The position numbers and the translations under genes were made by a program. Shown here piece by piece: positions 1 to 10,240 of a DNA stretch of 64,000 bases (its first letter is position 1; the number at the start of each line of letters is the position of its first letter). Under the pieces are notes generated by a model, which was given only the letters and a program-made list of their open reading frames with translations, ran no database searches and was not told the DNA's origin. Source of the stretch: Candidatus Peribacter sp. Its GTDB lineage: Bacteria; Patescibacteriota; Gracilibacteria; Peribacterales; Peribacteraceae. The DNA lies in NCBI GenBank assembly GCA_018652955.1, contig JABIBA010000013.1, positions 232,121-296,120 on the forward strand, given 5' to 3'.

Positions 1-219
1 GCGTATCTGCATTACTCATACTTGTGGCCACTAAAGACTGAAAAACTTGAGGCACTTGCAGCGAAGGCAAAGAAAACTATTTTTGTAGAGGCTTCGTATC
101 AAGGACATCTTGCAAAACTTATTAAGATGGAGACAGGCTTAAGCTTTGATCATCAGATATTAAAATACGATGGACGACCATTTTTCTTCGATGAACTTCT
201 TCCGCAACTTGTGTCATGA
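1..219 (+). CDS. 2-oxoacid:ferredoxin oxidoreductase alpha subunit, C-terminal part (5' truncated by window edge)
   Basis: Frame open from base 1; LWPL...FVEASYQGHLAKLI...ILKYDGRPF is the typical alpha-subunit C-terminus; overlaps the beta gene (ATGA). Confidence 0.85.
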   Translation, partial: AYLHYSYLWPLKTEKLEALAAKAKKTIFVEASYQGHLAKLIKMETGLSFDHQILKYDGRPFFFDELLPQLVS

Positions 220-1106
220 GTATCCCTCTAGAAAAAAGCGGCAAGCCAAACGTGCATGACTACTTCTGTAAGACAGAATGTACATGGTGCGATGGTTGTG
301 GTGACTATGGAATCATGGCGGCGACTAAGCGTGCTCTTGTAGAGCTAGAGATTGCACCGCACGAGGTAGCACTGTGTTTTGATATTGGTTGTCACGGAAA
401 CACTTCAGACAAGATGCTTGGATACAGAGTGCACGGTTTGCACGGTCGTATTTTGCCGTTTGCCTCTGGTGCGAAACTTGCAAACCCGAACATGCCAGTT
501 CTTGCGTTTGGTGGAGACGGTGCGAGTTTCTCAGAAGGTGTGAACCACTTAGTACACAGCATTCGCAGTCACTATCCCATTACATTCGTACTGCACAACA
601 ATGCAAACTACGGACTGACAACAGGGCAGGCGAGTAGCCTTACATGGCAGGACCAACCAATGAACACATCACCAAATGGAATTCCAGAAGATACGATTCG
701 CCCGATGGACTTTATCTTCTCCTTGCAGCCGACCTTTGTAGCGCGTACGTGGAGTGGAGATATTCCACAGATGACACGTGTCCTTAAGGCGGCTATACAG
801 CACAGAGGCTTTGCCTTCGTCGATATCCTTCAAGCATGCCCAACGTACAATAAGTTCGCTACGCACGAATGGCTTCTAGAGAAATGCTATGACGCCAATG
901 CAGATGGACATGACCCTTCAGATCTGGTGGCTGCAAAAAAGATCGCGTGTGATACTTCAGAGAAGGTCTCCTGTGGGATTCTGTATCAGAACGAAGACCG
1001 TCCACACTTCTACGAGAAGCTCGTTCCAAGGCAAGGAGTAAAGACTACGGCTGTAGAAGAGGTAGAGATTACGGATGTATCGGGGCTTATGAAGGAGTTT
1101 GTGTAG
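216..1106 (+). CDS. 2-oxoacid:ferredoxin oxidoreductase beta subunit (TPP-binding)
   Basis: WCDGCGDYG, DIGC, HGLHGR, GGDG, NNANYGLTTGQAS, QACPTYN motifs. Confidence 0.93.
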   Translation: MSIPLEKSGKPNVHDYFCKTECTWCDGCGDYGIMAATKRALVELEIAPHEVALCFDIGCHGNTSDKMLGYRVHGLHGRILPFASGAKLANPNMPVLAFGGDGASFSEGVNHLVHSIRSHYPITFVLHNNANYGLTTGQASSLTWQDQPMNTSPNGIPEDTIRPMDFIFSLQPTFVARTWSGDIPQMTRVLKAAIQHRGFAFVDILQACPTYNKFATHEWLLEKCYDANADGHDPSDLVAAKKIACDTSEKVSCGILYQNEDRPHFYEKLVPRQGVKTTAVEEVEITDVSGLMKEFV

Positions 1107-1164
1107 AAATACCTCTTTTATCCTTGATTCAGTGGGGAAGATTTGTAAAATCTCCTCAACATTT

Positions 1165-1482
1165 ATGAGTTGTCCTCAGAAAGAAACATTGGCAGACACT
1201 ACATCAACTGCTGCAAAGCTGGAAGCGGCATGTGATCGATATAATGAAGCTGTTGGTGCTGAAGCTCGAGAGTTGATCCGTAGAGAGCTTTTTGATCTGC
1301 GTGCCCAGTTAAGTGCAGTTACCAGCATAGACAGTGATGAGCATGATGAATTGTTTGCTCGGGCTACCAAAGCCATTGAACCACCAAAGCAACCAAAGCC
1401 TGCTCGAAATGGATTCCCAGGAACGTCGAAGAGGAAAACTGGTTATGACGGAGGACACGTTGCCGCAAAATACAGTAAGTAA
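1165..1482 (+). CDS. hypothetical protein
   Basis: ATG 1165 downstream of TTGATT-N16-TAAAAT; no recognisable motif. Confidence 0.55.
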   Translation: MSCPQKETLADTTSTAAKLEAACDRYNEAVGAEARELIRRELFDLRAQLSAVTSIDSDEHDELFARATKAIEPPKQPKPARNGFPGTSKRKTGYDGGHVAAKYSK

Positions 1483-2433
1483 TTAACGCAGTTTTTTTGC
1501 GAGCGCTTTCACAAATCCAACTCCCACAACTATTGGATGACGGAGAACGAAGTGCACTACCTGCCCACTTCCTTTTTTGGATGTGCCTTTGCCGTGCTTC
1601 ACGCGGTTTAAAAACTTCTCGATCATATCCTGTACAGATCGGTTGCGAGATTTGATGGCGACTTTCTTTAGAGGTCCGTGCAGTGCTTTGATCAACTGTT
1701 CAAATACTGTAAGTCGATCGTATAACCCTTCTCCAGACTCATTGTTCTTTGCACTTGCTGCATCACCGTGTACACGGAAGGCTCCGTGTGATTTCTTTTC
1801 ATAGTACCAATTGGTGTGCTGCAAACAGCGCAGCCAGTATTCGACATCTAAAAACTGTGGCATGTTTTCGTTAAACGGTCCGACTTTTTCCATGAGCTCT
1901 CTGCGAAGGACAACAAACGGTGGTTCTCCAATAATGTTTGGATGCATGTTGCGCTTTAGCCACCACTCTAAGATTTCACTCCCCGGTTGTGCACCTGGCA
2001 TCAGTTCTTTTTGTACTTCTTTAACAAGTTCATATCCTTCTTTGGTCCAGAGGTCATCGTCGTACTGATACTTGTGATGCATGGAGATGAGTCCGACGTC
2101 CTGATGTTCAGAAAAAATCTTAAGAGCAGTCTCTAAATAGTCCGGTTCCCAGAGGTCATCTTGGAAGAGGCAAGCGATAACTTGGCCTGAAGATTTCTGA
2201 AAGCATCGGTTCCAGTTTCCTCCTATTCCGAGGCATTTTTCATTCTTATAAAACTTGAATCTCTCATCGACCATGTAGTCTAAGATCAATGCATGAGTGT
2301 CGGTGTCTGTGGGTTCATCGCAAATTATGCACTCCCAGTCGGTTTCTGTCTGTCCACGCAGGCTCTCAAGAGACTCAGAAAGATGGAGCTCTTTTGGCTT
2401 GTAGGTGGGGACTAAGACGGATACTTTTGGCAT
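1483..2433 (-). CDS. glycosyltransferase family 2
   Basis: PKVSVLVPTY, DWECIICD, GIGGNWN, FQDD, DVEYWLR. Confidence 0.9.
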   Translation of the reverse strand: MPKVSVLVPTYKPKELHLSESLESLRGQTETDWECIICDEPTDTDTHALILDYMVDERFKFYKNEKCLGIGGNWNRCFQKSSGQVIACLFQDDLWEPDYLETALKIFSEHQDVGLISMHHKYQYDDDLWTKEGYELVKEVQKELMPGAQPGSEILEWWLKRNMHPNIIGEPPFVVLRRELMEKVGPFNENMPQFLDVEYWLRCLQHTNWYYEKKSHGAFRVHGDAASAKNNESGEGLYDRLTVFEQLIKALHGPLKKVAIKSRNRSVQDMIEKFLNRVKHGKGTSKKGSGQVVHFVLRHPIVVGVGFVKALAKKLR

Positions 2434-2434
2434 G

Positions 2435-2668
2435 CTACTTAGGATTAATCATTTCTAGTACATCGTTATAAGCTGCTTCCACTGCACGTTCTACAATCTC
2501 CGGTGTCATTGTTTCAGCACTTTCTGATACTCCTTGTTCTATGCAGCGTCTTTGGAGGGCAAACGTGAATTCAGCACCAAGTTCTGAGACACGTTGAATG
2601 TGTTCAGGTGTTGCTTGAATGGAACCATGCGTAGGCTTTTCTTCAGTAGTAGATTCAGGGGCACCCAT
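2435..2668 (-). CDS. small hypothetical protein
   Basis: 77 aa ORF ending 1 nt before the GT2 start. Confidence 0.5.
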   Translation of the reverse strand: MGAPESTTEEKPTHGSIQATPEHIQRVSELGAEFTFALQRRCIEQGVSESAETMTPEIVERAVEAAYNDVLEMINPK

Positions 2669-2736
2669 AGGAAATAGTGGTAAATACTAAGTGTTTCGCT
2701 ACATATAGTACCGCATATTCGGCTAGCATAGTACTA

Positions 2737-3411
2737 ATGCGAATCGATATTCTCACACTTCACCCGGCGATGTTTCAGGGGCCTCTGACAGAGAGCATCT
2801 TGGGACGCGCACAAGAGGCAAGCAAGCTAGAGGTGCATACGCATGACCTTAAAGAATTTGGACTCGGAAACTACAGGCAAGTAGATGACGAGCCGTATGG
2901 AGGAGGAGCGGGAATGGTGATTAGAGTAGACGTTGTTGTACCTGCGATAGAAGCAGTAACGAAAAGTGGAAAACTGAAAGTGGAAAGTGGAAAAAGTCCT
3001 CATCGGATATATTTGTCAGCGAGGGGAGAGACATTAAGACAAGAGAAGGTAGAGTCACTATCTGCAGAGCACGATTGGTTGATTCTTCTTTGTGGACACT
3101 ATGAAGGGATCGATCAACGAATAGTAGAAGGAGGGTGGATCGATGAGGAGATCAGTATTGGAGATTATGTTCTTACTGGAGGAGAGCTTCCTGCGATGGT
3201 ACTTATCGACAGTGTTGCACGTCATATTCCAGGAGTGCTTGGCAAGGAGGCAAGTGCACACGAAGAAAGTTTCTCAGAGGAGCTCGATCGCAAGAAAGAA
3301 TATCCACACTACACACGTCCCGACGAATACGAGGGACTTAAGGTTCCTGATGTGTTGCTTAGTGGGCACCATGCAGAGATAGAGAAGTGGAGAAGAAGTC
3401 AGCTTAGCTAA
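2737..3411 (+). CDS. trmD: tRNA (guanine37-N1)-methyltransferase
   Basis: MRIDILTLHP, VDDEPYGGGAGMV, CGHYEGIDQR, SIGDYVLTGGE, EYPHYTRP. Confidence 0.97.
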   Translation: MRIDILTLHPAMFQGPLTESILGRAQEASKLEVHTHDLKEFGLGNYRQVDDEPYGGGAGMVIRVDVVVPAIEAVTKSGKLKVESGKSPHRIYLSARGETLRQEKVESLSAEHDWLILLCGHYEGIDQRIVEGGWIDEEISIGDYVLTGGELPAMVLIDSVARHIPGVLGKEASAHEESFSEELDRKKEYPHYTRPDEYEGLKVPDVLLSGHHAEIEKWRRSQLS

Positions 3412-3412
3412 T

Positions 3413-3679
3413 ATGTTAGAAACACATCGCAAAGAACTGGCCGCAAAAAATACGGTGCAGTTTTACGTGCGGGTTCGCTCTGGTATGAGCAAGACCGAGG
3501 TACAGAGCATTATGGATGATGGCAGTATTAAGATCCACGTTGGAGCAAAGGCTATTATGGGAAAAGCAAATGCAGAGCTAAAGAGATATTTAGCTGAGGA
3601 GTTTGGGGTATCAAAAGAGAATGTAAAGATGCTTTCTGGTGCAAGCAATAGAGTTAAGTTGATGAGGATTGTTACATAG
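3413..3679 (+). CDS. DUF167/YggU family protein
   Basis: KIHVGAKAIMGKANAELKRYLAEEFGV...LSGASNRVK. Confidence 0.85.
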   Translation: MLETHRKELAAKNTVQFYVRVRSGMSKTEVQSIMDDGSIKIHVGAKAIMGKANAELKRYLAEEFGVSKENVKMLSGASNRVKLMRIVT

Positions 3680-4328
3680 CTTCCTCTATCATCCCCCGCA
3701 AATCTGCGTAGTGCGGCAGTCCTTCAGACTTTTCTCCGTTTAAGAAGAAGGTTGGAACGAGTGTGACATCGAGTGTGCGTGCGAGAGACTTTTGTCGCTC
3801 GATAGTTTTTAAGGTGTCAGGACTTTTAAGACACTGTGCGAATAACTCTTGGTCGAGCTCTAGTGTGGCCGCTTCACTCATGAGTGTATCGTGATCTTTC
3901 GCTCCTAAGGTAAACAGGAGTTCATGCATTGGGATGCCTTTTCCTTGGGTAGCTGCACACAAAAGGCCGAGTGCAGCATTTTGACTGTGTATGTATTTAC
4001 GCAGTGGCAAGATTCCTATCTGCAGTTTTAATGTACCTTGATTGATAAACTCTTCTACAAGAGCGCCGAAGTGTTCGTTGTAAAAATCTTTGCAGTAACG
4101 ACAGTGATGTTCGGTGAACATCAAAAGAACAGTGTCTGCATCGCGGTCACCAATTTCTATGAGGCCAGAGGGGAGCAGCCTCTCTACGATTGTAAGTTTT
4201 TGATCTTCTGTTGCTTCCACCTCTAGCTCTTCTCCAAAATCTTGCTCTGGTACATCTTGTGGTGCATTTTCTACAGGTACGCAGGCCGTGAGAACTGCAA
4301 AGCTACAAAAAAATATAAAGCGCTTCAT
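3672..4328 (-). CDS. DsbA-family thiol-disulfide oxidoreductase, probable lipoprotein
   Basis: Lipobox LTAC, CRYC active site, cis-Pro VPTFFLNG. Confidence 0.85.
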   Translation of the reverse strand: MKRFIFFCSFAVLTACVPVENAPQDVPEQDFGEELEVEATEDQKLTIVERLLPSGLIEIGDRDADTVLLMFTEHHCRYCKDFYNEHFGALVEEFINQGTLKLQIGILPLRKYIHSQNAALGLLCAATQGKGIPMHELLFTLGAKDHDTLMSEAATLELDQELFAQCLKSPDTLKTIERQKSLARTLDVTLVPTFFLNGEKSEGLPHYADLRGMIEEAM

Positions 4329-4350
4329 GCAGTAACTGTAGCGCATTTTA

Positions 4351-4719
4351 TTACTGACAGATAGCGCCGTCGGCGGTTTCTACACACGCAACCGAACAGA
4401 ACAGAAACCGTGCTTTTCCAGATTCTTCGTAGCACCTAAGCACCTGTGGCTGACTACAATCGCAGGTTGGATTTGTAAGCTCTACACACTTGCCAGCTTT
4501 GCCACAGACCGTGGTTGGCAGTGGGCAATCGCTATTGAATTTACATTGCGGAAGTGGCTGCTCAGGCGCAGGAATTTGTTGTACCTGAGCGGTTTCTCCG
4601 TTAATTACTACAGTTGTTGCTTGAGTTGGGCCAAAGGATTCTCCGAGCATGAGCATTGCGACCAGTCCTCCGAAGAAGCCGATAGGAAGCAGAACTCTGA
4701 TGGTAGATTGTTCGAGCAT
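4351..4719 (-). CDS. membrane-anchored Cys-rich protein (10 Cys)
   Basis: N-terminal hydrophobic helix, Pro/Gln linker, C-terminal domain with 10 cysteines. Confidence 0.7.
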   Translation of the reverse strand: MLEQSTIRVLLPIGFFGGLVAMLMLGESFGPTQATTVVINGETAQVQQIPAPEQPLPQCKFNSDCPLPTTVCGKAGKCVELTNPTCDCSQPQVLRCYEESGKARFLFCSVACVETADGAICQ

Positions 4720-4748
4720 GTTACGAGTATATCGTATACTATTTATCT

Positions 4749-5465
4749 ATGCAGCGCGTACGAATTCTCGGCGTTCCTCTAGACCCTGTCACACAGGACG
4801 AAGCTGTGGCACGTATTTCACAAATGCTGAGTGACGGAGGAAAGCACCATGTCATGACTCCGAATAACGAGATGATCGTAAAAGCACAGAGCGTACCCGT
4901 GTTTAAATCGCTACTGCAGACATCCGAATTAAGTCTTCCAGATTCAACGGGACTACTGTGGGCGGCTGCGCGTACGGGTCAGCATCTTCCTGAGAGAGTA
5001 ACCGGCGTAGATACTGTAAAAAGAATACTGCTAACGTGTAGCGACCAGACTCCTGTCTTTTTCTTAGGAGGACGAAAGGGAGTAGGACAAAGAGCATTGG
5101 AGGCAATGCAAAAAGAGAATCCTCGACTGAGAGGTGAGGCATTCGAGGGCACACCGTCTGAAGAAGATGCAGCGGAAATTATCAATAAAATAAATGATTC
5201 AGAGGCAATACTTTTGCTTGTTGCATACGGAGCACCGAAGCAAGACTTGTGGATAAATCAGCATCTTCTCAATCTCACCTCTGTAAAAGTAGCCATGGGA
5301 ATCGGCGGGACATTTGATTTTCTATCGGGTTCTATTAAAAGAGCTCCTCAATGTATGCAGCGTGCTCGACTTGAATGGCTCTGGCGTTTGATACAGCAAC
5401 CATCACGTATTGGAAGAATCTATACAGCGGTTATTCGGTTTCCGCTTCTGGTTCTTCGGGGGTAG
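4749..5465 (+). CDS. WecG/TagA/CpsF family glycosyltransferase
   Basis: TPNNE, PDSTG, ERVTGVD, GAPKQD, GIGGTFDF, RAP, LEWLWRL. Confidence 0.93.
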   Translation: MQRVRILGVPLDPVTQDEAVARISQMLSDGGKHHVMTPNNEMIVKAQSVPVFKSLLQTSELSLPDSTGLLWAAARTGQHLPERVTGVDTVKRILLTCSDQTPVFFLGGRKGVGQRALEAMQKENPRLRGEAFEGTPSEEDAAEIINKINDSEAILLLVAYGAPKQDLWINQHLLNLTSVKVAMGIGGTFDFLSGSIKRAPQCMQRARLEWLWRLIQQPSRIGRIYTAVIRFPLLVLRG

Positions 5466-5784
5466 GTGCGACGTGTAGTTTTTCGATGTGAGACACGTAC
5501 CATTCTGTCTCTCCTTTTTTAAGAATAATAAACTTTGGTCCATCTTTACTCTCTGCCATGTAGTGCCTTTCTGTTTCTTCTTCCTTGAGTACTTCGATAC
5601 TCCTCAGTCCTTCGTCGGGTAGCAAAAGATAGATTGCAATGTCGGGTTTATCGGTAAGGGCAGCACCAAGGTTCATTGTTGCTCTTCCTATTCCTGCAGC
5701 AGCACCGACAACAATTATACTCGCCATTAGCCCCCATCCAACAGTGTGAAGAAATTTGCCTCTGGAGAGTTTGTGGATTTCCAT
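5431..5784 (-). CDS. hypothetical single-pass membrane protein
   Basis: ATG 5784 preceded by TGG-TATACT; one TM segment. Confidence 0.55.
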   Translation of the reverse strand: MEIHKLSRGKFLHTVGWGLMASIIVVGAAAGIGRATMNLGAALTDKPDIAIYLLLPDEGLRSIEVLKEEETERHYMAESKDGPKFIILKKGETEWYVSHIEKLHVAPTPEEPEAETE

Positions 5785-5841
5785 CAGGCGTGAAGTATAC
5801 CAAACGTAGCTTCTAAAGAGAAGCTGTGGTACTTTTTGTCT

Positions 5842-6507
5842 GTGGGAACACTTATTGCAGTTCGGCATGGTCAATCTCAGTGGAATTTGGAGAACAAATT
5901 TACTGGATGGACAGATGTTCCTCTGACAGAACGCGGAAGCAGTGATGCTGCTTTGTGCGGAGAAGTGCTACGCGGTTTTACATTTGATAATGCATTTACC
6001 TCGAAGCTTATGCGAGCAACGGGAACGTTGGATGTGATTTTAGAGACTCTTGGACAGACCCCTCCTGTTATTGGAGATGAAGCGCTCAATGAACGCAGCT
6101 ATGGGGATTTGCAGGGACTCAATAAGGCAGAAACTGTAGAGAAACACGGAAAAGAGCAGGTGCAATTATGGCGCAGAAGCTTTGATACGCGGCCTCCAAA
6201 TGGAGAAAGTATGGCTGATTGCGAAAAGCGCACATGGCCGTATTTCGTGGAGAACATTCTTCCTCTTCTTGCAGAAGGAAAGACAGTGTTGGTTGTCGCT
6301 CATGGCAACAGCTTGCGTCCAATTGTGAAGAATCTTGAGAACTTAACTCCAGAGGTAACTGCTGCGCTAGAGATAGGGCTCTGTACTCCGTACATTTATA
6401 AATTCGAAGGTGAAAACATGGTAGAGCATGAAATTCTGCATGTTGAAGGGATTGTTACAAAAGGAGCTTCCACGAAAGATAAAAGTGTAGAAGAAGGAAG
6501 GGTGTAG
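5842..6507 (+). CDS. gpmA: 2,3-bisphosphoglycerate-dependent phosphoglycerate mutase
   Basis: RHGQSQWN...FTGWTDVPL, LNERSYGDLQGLNK, WRRS, AHGNSLR; GTG start. Confidence 0.93.
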   Translation: MGTLIAVRHGQSQWNLENKFTGWTDVPLTERGSSDAALCGEVLRGFTFDNAFTSKLMRATGTLDVILETLGQTPPVIGDEALNERSYGDLQGLNKAETVEKHGKEQVQLWRRSFDTRPPNGESMADCEKRTWPYFVENILPLLAEGKTVLVVAHGNSLRPIVKNLENLTPEVTAALEIGLCTPYIYKFEGENMVEHEILHVEGIVTKGASTKDKSVEEGRV

Positions 6508-6560
6508 TAATTCGCACTTTTCCGTAGATTACAGCTACTAAGTTCGGCTATGCTTTGTGC

Positions 6561-7883
6561 ATGCAAGAGATTACCTACCGCTCTGACGGCTTTTACGACG
6601 AGGTTGCTGCAAGTGACCAGAAGAACGTGCATCTTATTATGATCGCGACAAAGCCAGATATTATTAAACAGGTTCCTCTCTACAAAGAGTTACAAAACAG
6701 AGGGCACTTGGTTTTGCTCGGTCACACAGGTCAGCACTACGATGAAAACCTTTCTGGAGGAATGCTAAAAGAATTTGGAGTAGAGCCTGATTTCAACTTG
6801 AATGTTCGAGGAGCTGCTCACGAAGTAGTGAGTCAGATTATCGGTCGGCTTGGTCACGTAATTGGAGAACTTAAAGAGCGCGGCAAGATCGTGATCCCGT
6901 ATGTTCACGGAGATACGACAACATGCATGGCTGCTGCAAATGCAGGATACTGTCATCGGTTTGGTGCAGTACACGTCGAGGCAGGTATTCGAACACTGAC
7001 ACCAAAGTTTGCTGACTTTGGACTTTCTGATGAAGGTTTTGATTGCAAAGCTTGGAGAGAGTTCCAGATGGATCGTAGTAACTGGGAGAGTGGTTCACAA
7101 GAGCCATTCCCAGAGCAGTTTAATACGCGCTGTGCAGAGGCTGCGACGGGTATTCACTTGGCACCTGTAGAACTTGATCGTGAATTTATGTTGAACGAAG
7201 GATACTGCGATGATCGTATTTTCGTTGTCGGAAACTCTGTAGCCGATGCAACGCACGAAGCTTTGGGACGAGCAGAGAGCTCGACTGTATTTGAGCGTCA
7301 CCCAGAGCTCGCCGACGGAGACTTTGTACGGTTCTGTATTCACCGTGGAGAAAACTGCACAAACGAAAAGCGCTTCCGTGCAATTTACGATGCAATGAAA
7401 ATGATGATAGAAGATGGTCGAAAGGTTCTTCTTATCTCTCTCTTTAAAACAGAGTCAGCTCTAAAAAACTTTGGACTCAAAGAAGAGGTCGATGCGTTGA
7501 ATGAGAAGCATGATAACTTTATCTACTCACCTGTGTGGGCAGAGTACGTTGATGTTATTGCTGCGATGAACAAGGCTGCAGTAGTTGCAACTGACAGTGG
7601 AAGCATGCAGGAAGAGATGAACGTGATGGGTGTGCCATGTGTAACCCTTCGCTTTGGATCTGATAGATCTGAGTCTGCAATCAACGGAGGAAACCTGATC
7701 GCTCCTCCTATTGATGCAAACCTTATTAAGAGCATTGTGGAGTTTGCATGGGACAATCAAGATATGCGAAACGCTCCAAAGATCTACGGAGAGAACGTCA
7801 GCAGCAAATGTATTGATGCTGTAGAAGAAGTGCTCGAAAAAGGTGATCCATTTAGAGCAGAGGAAGAGAGAATTGGATTGTAG
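6561..7883 (+). CDS. wecB: UDP-N-acetylglucosamine 2-epimerase family protein
   Basis: HTGQHYD, VHGDT, HVEAGIR, HRGEN, TDSGSMQEE. Confidence 0.88.
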   Translation: MQEITYRSDGFYDEVAASDQKNVHLIMIATKPDIIKQVPLYKELQNRGHLVLLGHTGQHYDENLSGGMLKEFGVEPDFNLNVRGAAHEVVSQIIGRLGHVIGELKERGKIVIPYVHGDTTTCMAAANAGYCHRFGAVHVEAGIRTLTPKFADFGLSDEGFDCKAWREFQMDRSNWESGSQEPFPEQFNTRCAEAATGIHLAPVELDREFMLNEGYCDDRIFVVGNSVADATHEALGRAESSTVFERHPELADGDFVRFCIHRGENCTNEKRFRAIYDAMKMMIEDGRKVLLISLFKTESALKNFGLKEEVDALNEKHDNFIYSPVWAEYVDVIAAMNKAAVVATDSGSMQEEMNVMGVPCVTLRFGSDRSESAINGGNLIAPPIDANLIKSIVEFAWDNQDMRNAPKIYGENVSSKCIDAVEEVLEKGDPFRAEEERIGL

Positions 7884-7914
7884 ATTCTAGTACTTAACTT
7901 GTAGGATATCTCTG

Positions 7915-9219
7915 ATGCAAAGATTGAGAGAATTATTAACGATTGTATTACTTGGGCTCCTTCCGCTTCACGCCTTTTTTGTAACGGTTGGGACAAATGT
8001 ACTTGCAGGACCAGGGCATGCACCTCTTACGGTTCTCGCACTCTGGAAAGAGGCAGTGCTTGGGGTAATACTCCTTATAGCACTTATTGAATGGCTTAAA
8101 AAACCACGCTTCTCTCTCGATATCCTCGACTGGATTATCCTAGGGTTACTTGCCCTATCCGTTATCGTCACTGCAAGGACGCATGCAGATTGGAACGTGT
8201 ACCTCATTGGGTTTAAGTATGACTTTGTCCCGCTTATTGCATTCCTTGCTTTGCGAAGAGTGGAGTGGTCGGATCAGTTTAGTAGTCGGTTGCTCAAAAT
8301 ACTCTTGATCGTTGCTGCCGTAGTTTCTGTATATGGAATTTTGAGTATGTATATGCATCAACAGTTTTTTACGTGGCTTGGTTACAGTGATTTGCATTCT
8401 CTTTATCAGCCAGATGCACCACTTGCTGCATTCCAAAAGATTGGCGGCACTGCTATCCGACGTATTCAGTCGACTATGAGCGGGCCGAACCAGTTAGGAC
8501 TGTGGTTACTCATCCCTCTTAGTATTGCCCTTGTCCGCAAAAATGCTGTCGGTGTGTTTATCGTATTTGCAATGATGCTTACACTTTCTCGGTCTGCACT
8601 TCTTGCTGCAGGTGTATTCATTGCAGTGATTCTTTGGCGGCAGCTTCCACGAAAAAAATTCTTTCAGTTTGCAGCCGCGATGTTCTGTCTTTCGTTTGTA
8701 CTATCTATCGTCGCATACTTTTTTGCCGCAGATATTATTGTACGTAAGGCATCGACGAGTGACCACATCAGTAGGCCGCTTGCTGCTATCCAGATCATAA
8801 AAGAAAATCCTTTAGGTCTAGGACTAGGAACTGCAGGACCTGCAAGCAATCGTACGAGTGATACCTGTGTGTTCTTGAGCGAGGGGAGTGATGCTTCGTG
8901 GGCACAGGTGCACACGAACCTGTGTGTGTTTGTCGGAGACGTCCAAGTACAGCCAGAAGACAAAGCCTGTGCGTGCCCTGTCCTTCCAGAAAACTGGTAC
9001 TTACAAATAGGGCTCGAGATGGGAATACTCGGGTTTGCTCTCTTCATCGCACTAGTAATACTGATACTAAAAAAACTTCCAAAGAACAGCCCTGTATTCT
9101 TGGCATTCCTAGGAATATCTATAGCCTCACTTTTCTTACATGCTTGGGAAGATGCTGCAGTCGCGTATACCGTGTGGGTTTTGGCCGCAGTTATGCTGCG
9201 CAAATCTACTAACTATTAA
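7915..9219 (+). CDS. O-antigen ligase/Wzy_C-like polytopic membrane protein
   Basis: About 11-12 TM; RIQSTMSGPNQLG, TLSRSA, PLGLGLG, ENWYLQIGLEMGILG. Confidence 0.8.
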   Translation: MQRLRELLTIVLLGLLPLHAFFVTVGTNVLAGPGHAPLTVLALWKEAVLGVILLIALIEWLKKPRFSLDILDWIILGLLALSVIVTARTHADWNVYLIGFKYDFVPLIAFLALRRVEWSDQFSSRLLKILLIVAAVVSVYGILSMYMHQQFFTWLGYSDLHSLYQPDAPLAAFQKIGGTAIRRIQSTMSGPNQLGLWLLIPLSIALVRKNAVGVFIVFAMMLTLSRSALLAAGVFIAVILWRQLPRKKFFQFAAAMFCLSFVLSIVAYFFAADIIVRKASTSDHISRPLAAIQIIKENPLGLGLGTAGPASNRTSDTCVFLSEGSDASWAQVHTNLCVFVGDVQVQPEDKACACPVLPENWYLQIGLEMGILGFALFIALVILILKKLPKNSPVFLAFLGISIASLFLHAWEDAAVAYTVWVLAAVMLRKSTNY

Positions 9220-9793
9220 ACCGTCTTTTTATTGCACTGTCAGCAGAACTGCTCGCGTCTCCTGATTTTTTTGGTTGCTTTGGAAGTGTCTGCGGTTCTT
9301 GTTTTTTGAGTTCTTCAATGATTTTTGCAGCAGCACTTGTGGACTCTGTTTCTCCTGTGCTTCCAGTATGTTCTACCAGGTCTGCTACAGGGGCTTCAGG
9401 TTCTAGGACATCATCTCCGAGTACTGTTTCGCCAGAGACATCTACTGGAGGAGGGGTGTAATGCGCTTTTTCATTGCCTTCTGAAAGCCATCCCGCGACA
9501 TCATCTTCTGTTACCCCCTGTCCAGATGGCCTCGGTGCAGGATAGATTTGCTCGTCGCCTCTCTTGCAAATAGAAAGTATGAGTGCTGCACTGCGCCTTG
9601 TTACTCTTATTGTAGTAATACCAGTTAGCGTACCCGTAAGTTCTGGGTCATTGTTTACAACAATGTCTACAGGTTGCTTTGGTGTAATATCTTTTGAGTT
9701 GTTGTTTGGTAGTTTTGCTAATCCCTGTTCCAATGTATTGCTTGAAATTATTAATTGTTCACCGACTTTGGAAGTGCGTAGAGACATAGTCAA
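9209..9793 (-). CDS. hypothetical protein
   Basis: 194 aa ORF, last of three co-oriented orphan genes. Confidence 0.55.
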   Translation of the reverse strand: MTMSLRTSKVGEQLIISSNTLEQGLAKLPNNNSKDITPKQPVDIVVNNDPELTGTLTGITTIRVTRRSAALILSICKRGDEQIYPAPRPSGQGVTEDDVAGWLSEGNEKAHYTPPPVDVSGETVLGDDVLEPEAPVADLVEHTGSTGETESTSAAAKIIEELKKQEPQTLPKQPKKSGDASSSADSAIKRRFNS

Positions 9794-9794
9794 A

Positions 9795-10196
9795 TTATAA
9801 CAAAATATTTAGCCCTCCTTCTAAGTCATCATCATTTTTTGCAGAATTCTCAGCAGGAGTATTCGTAGTATCTGATGCCCCCGAGAGAGATAGAATATAT
9901 GCAGCTGATGCAACATGCCTGTCTCGAAGATCTAATACATCTCTAGTAGCAGACTCGAGATGTATGCTGCGATATTCCGTGCCAAGACTATCCATAAGAC
10001 GAGCGATTGCTGACTTATCTCCTTGGCTACATGCAAGAGGCATTAATATTCTATTTGCTGCACTAAGTGTTGTTAGATGTGTTGCAGCTCTGTTGGGTTC
10101 AGCGGCGCAGGCTATAAAATCTGCAATAAGTTGTTCTTTTGATAGGGTTGGTCTTTGGCTTGGAGTTACCTCAGAAAGTTTTGATTGATACACCAT
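9795..10196 (-). CDS. hypothetical protein
   Basis: 133 aa ORF; TTGACA upstream on the minus strand. Confidence 0.55.
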   Translation of the reverse strand: MVYQSKLSEVTPSQRPTLSKEQLIADFIACAAEPNRAATHLTTLSAANRILMPLACSQGDKSAIARLMDSLGTEYRSIHLESATRDVLDLRDRHVASAAYILSLSGASDTTNTPAENSAKNDDDLEGGLNILL

Positions 10197-10240
10197 AGTA
10201 GTCTTTTGTACTCCTAGCGAAGTTCCTTTGTCAACAATTC

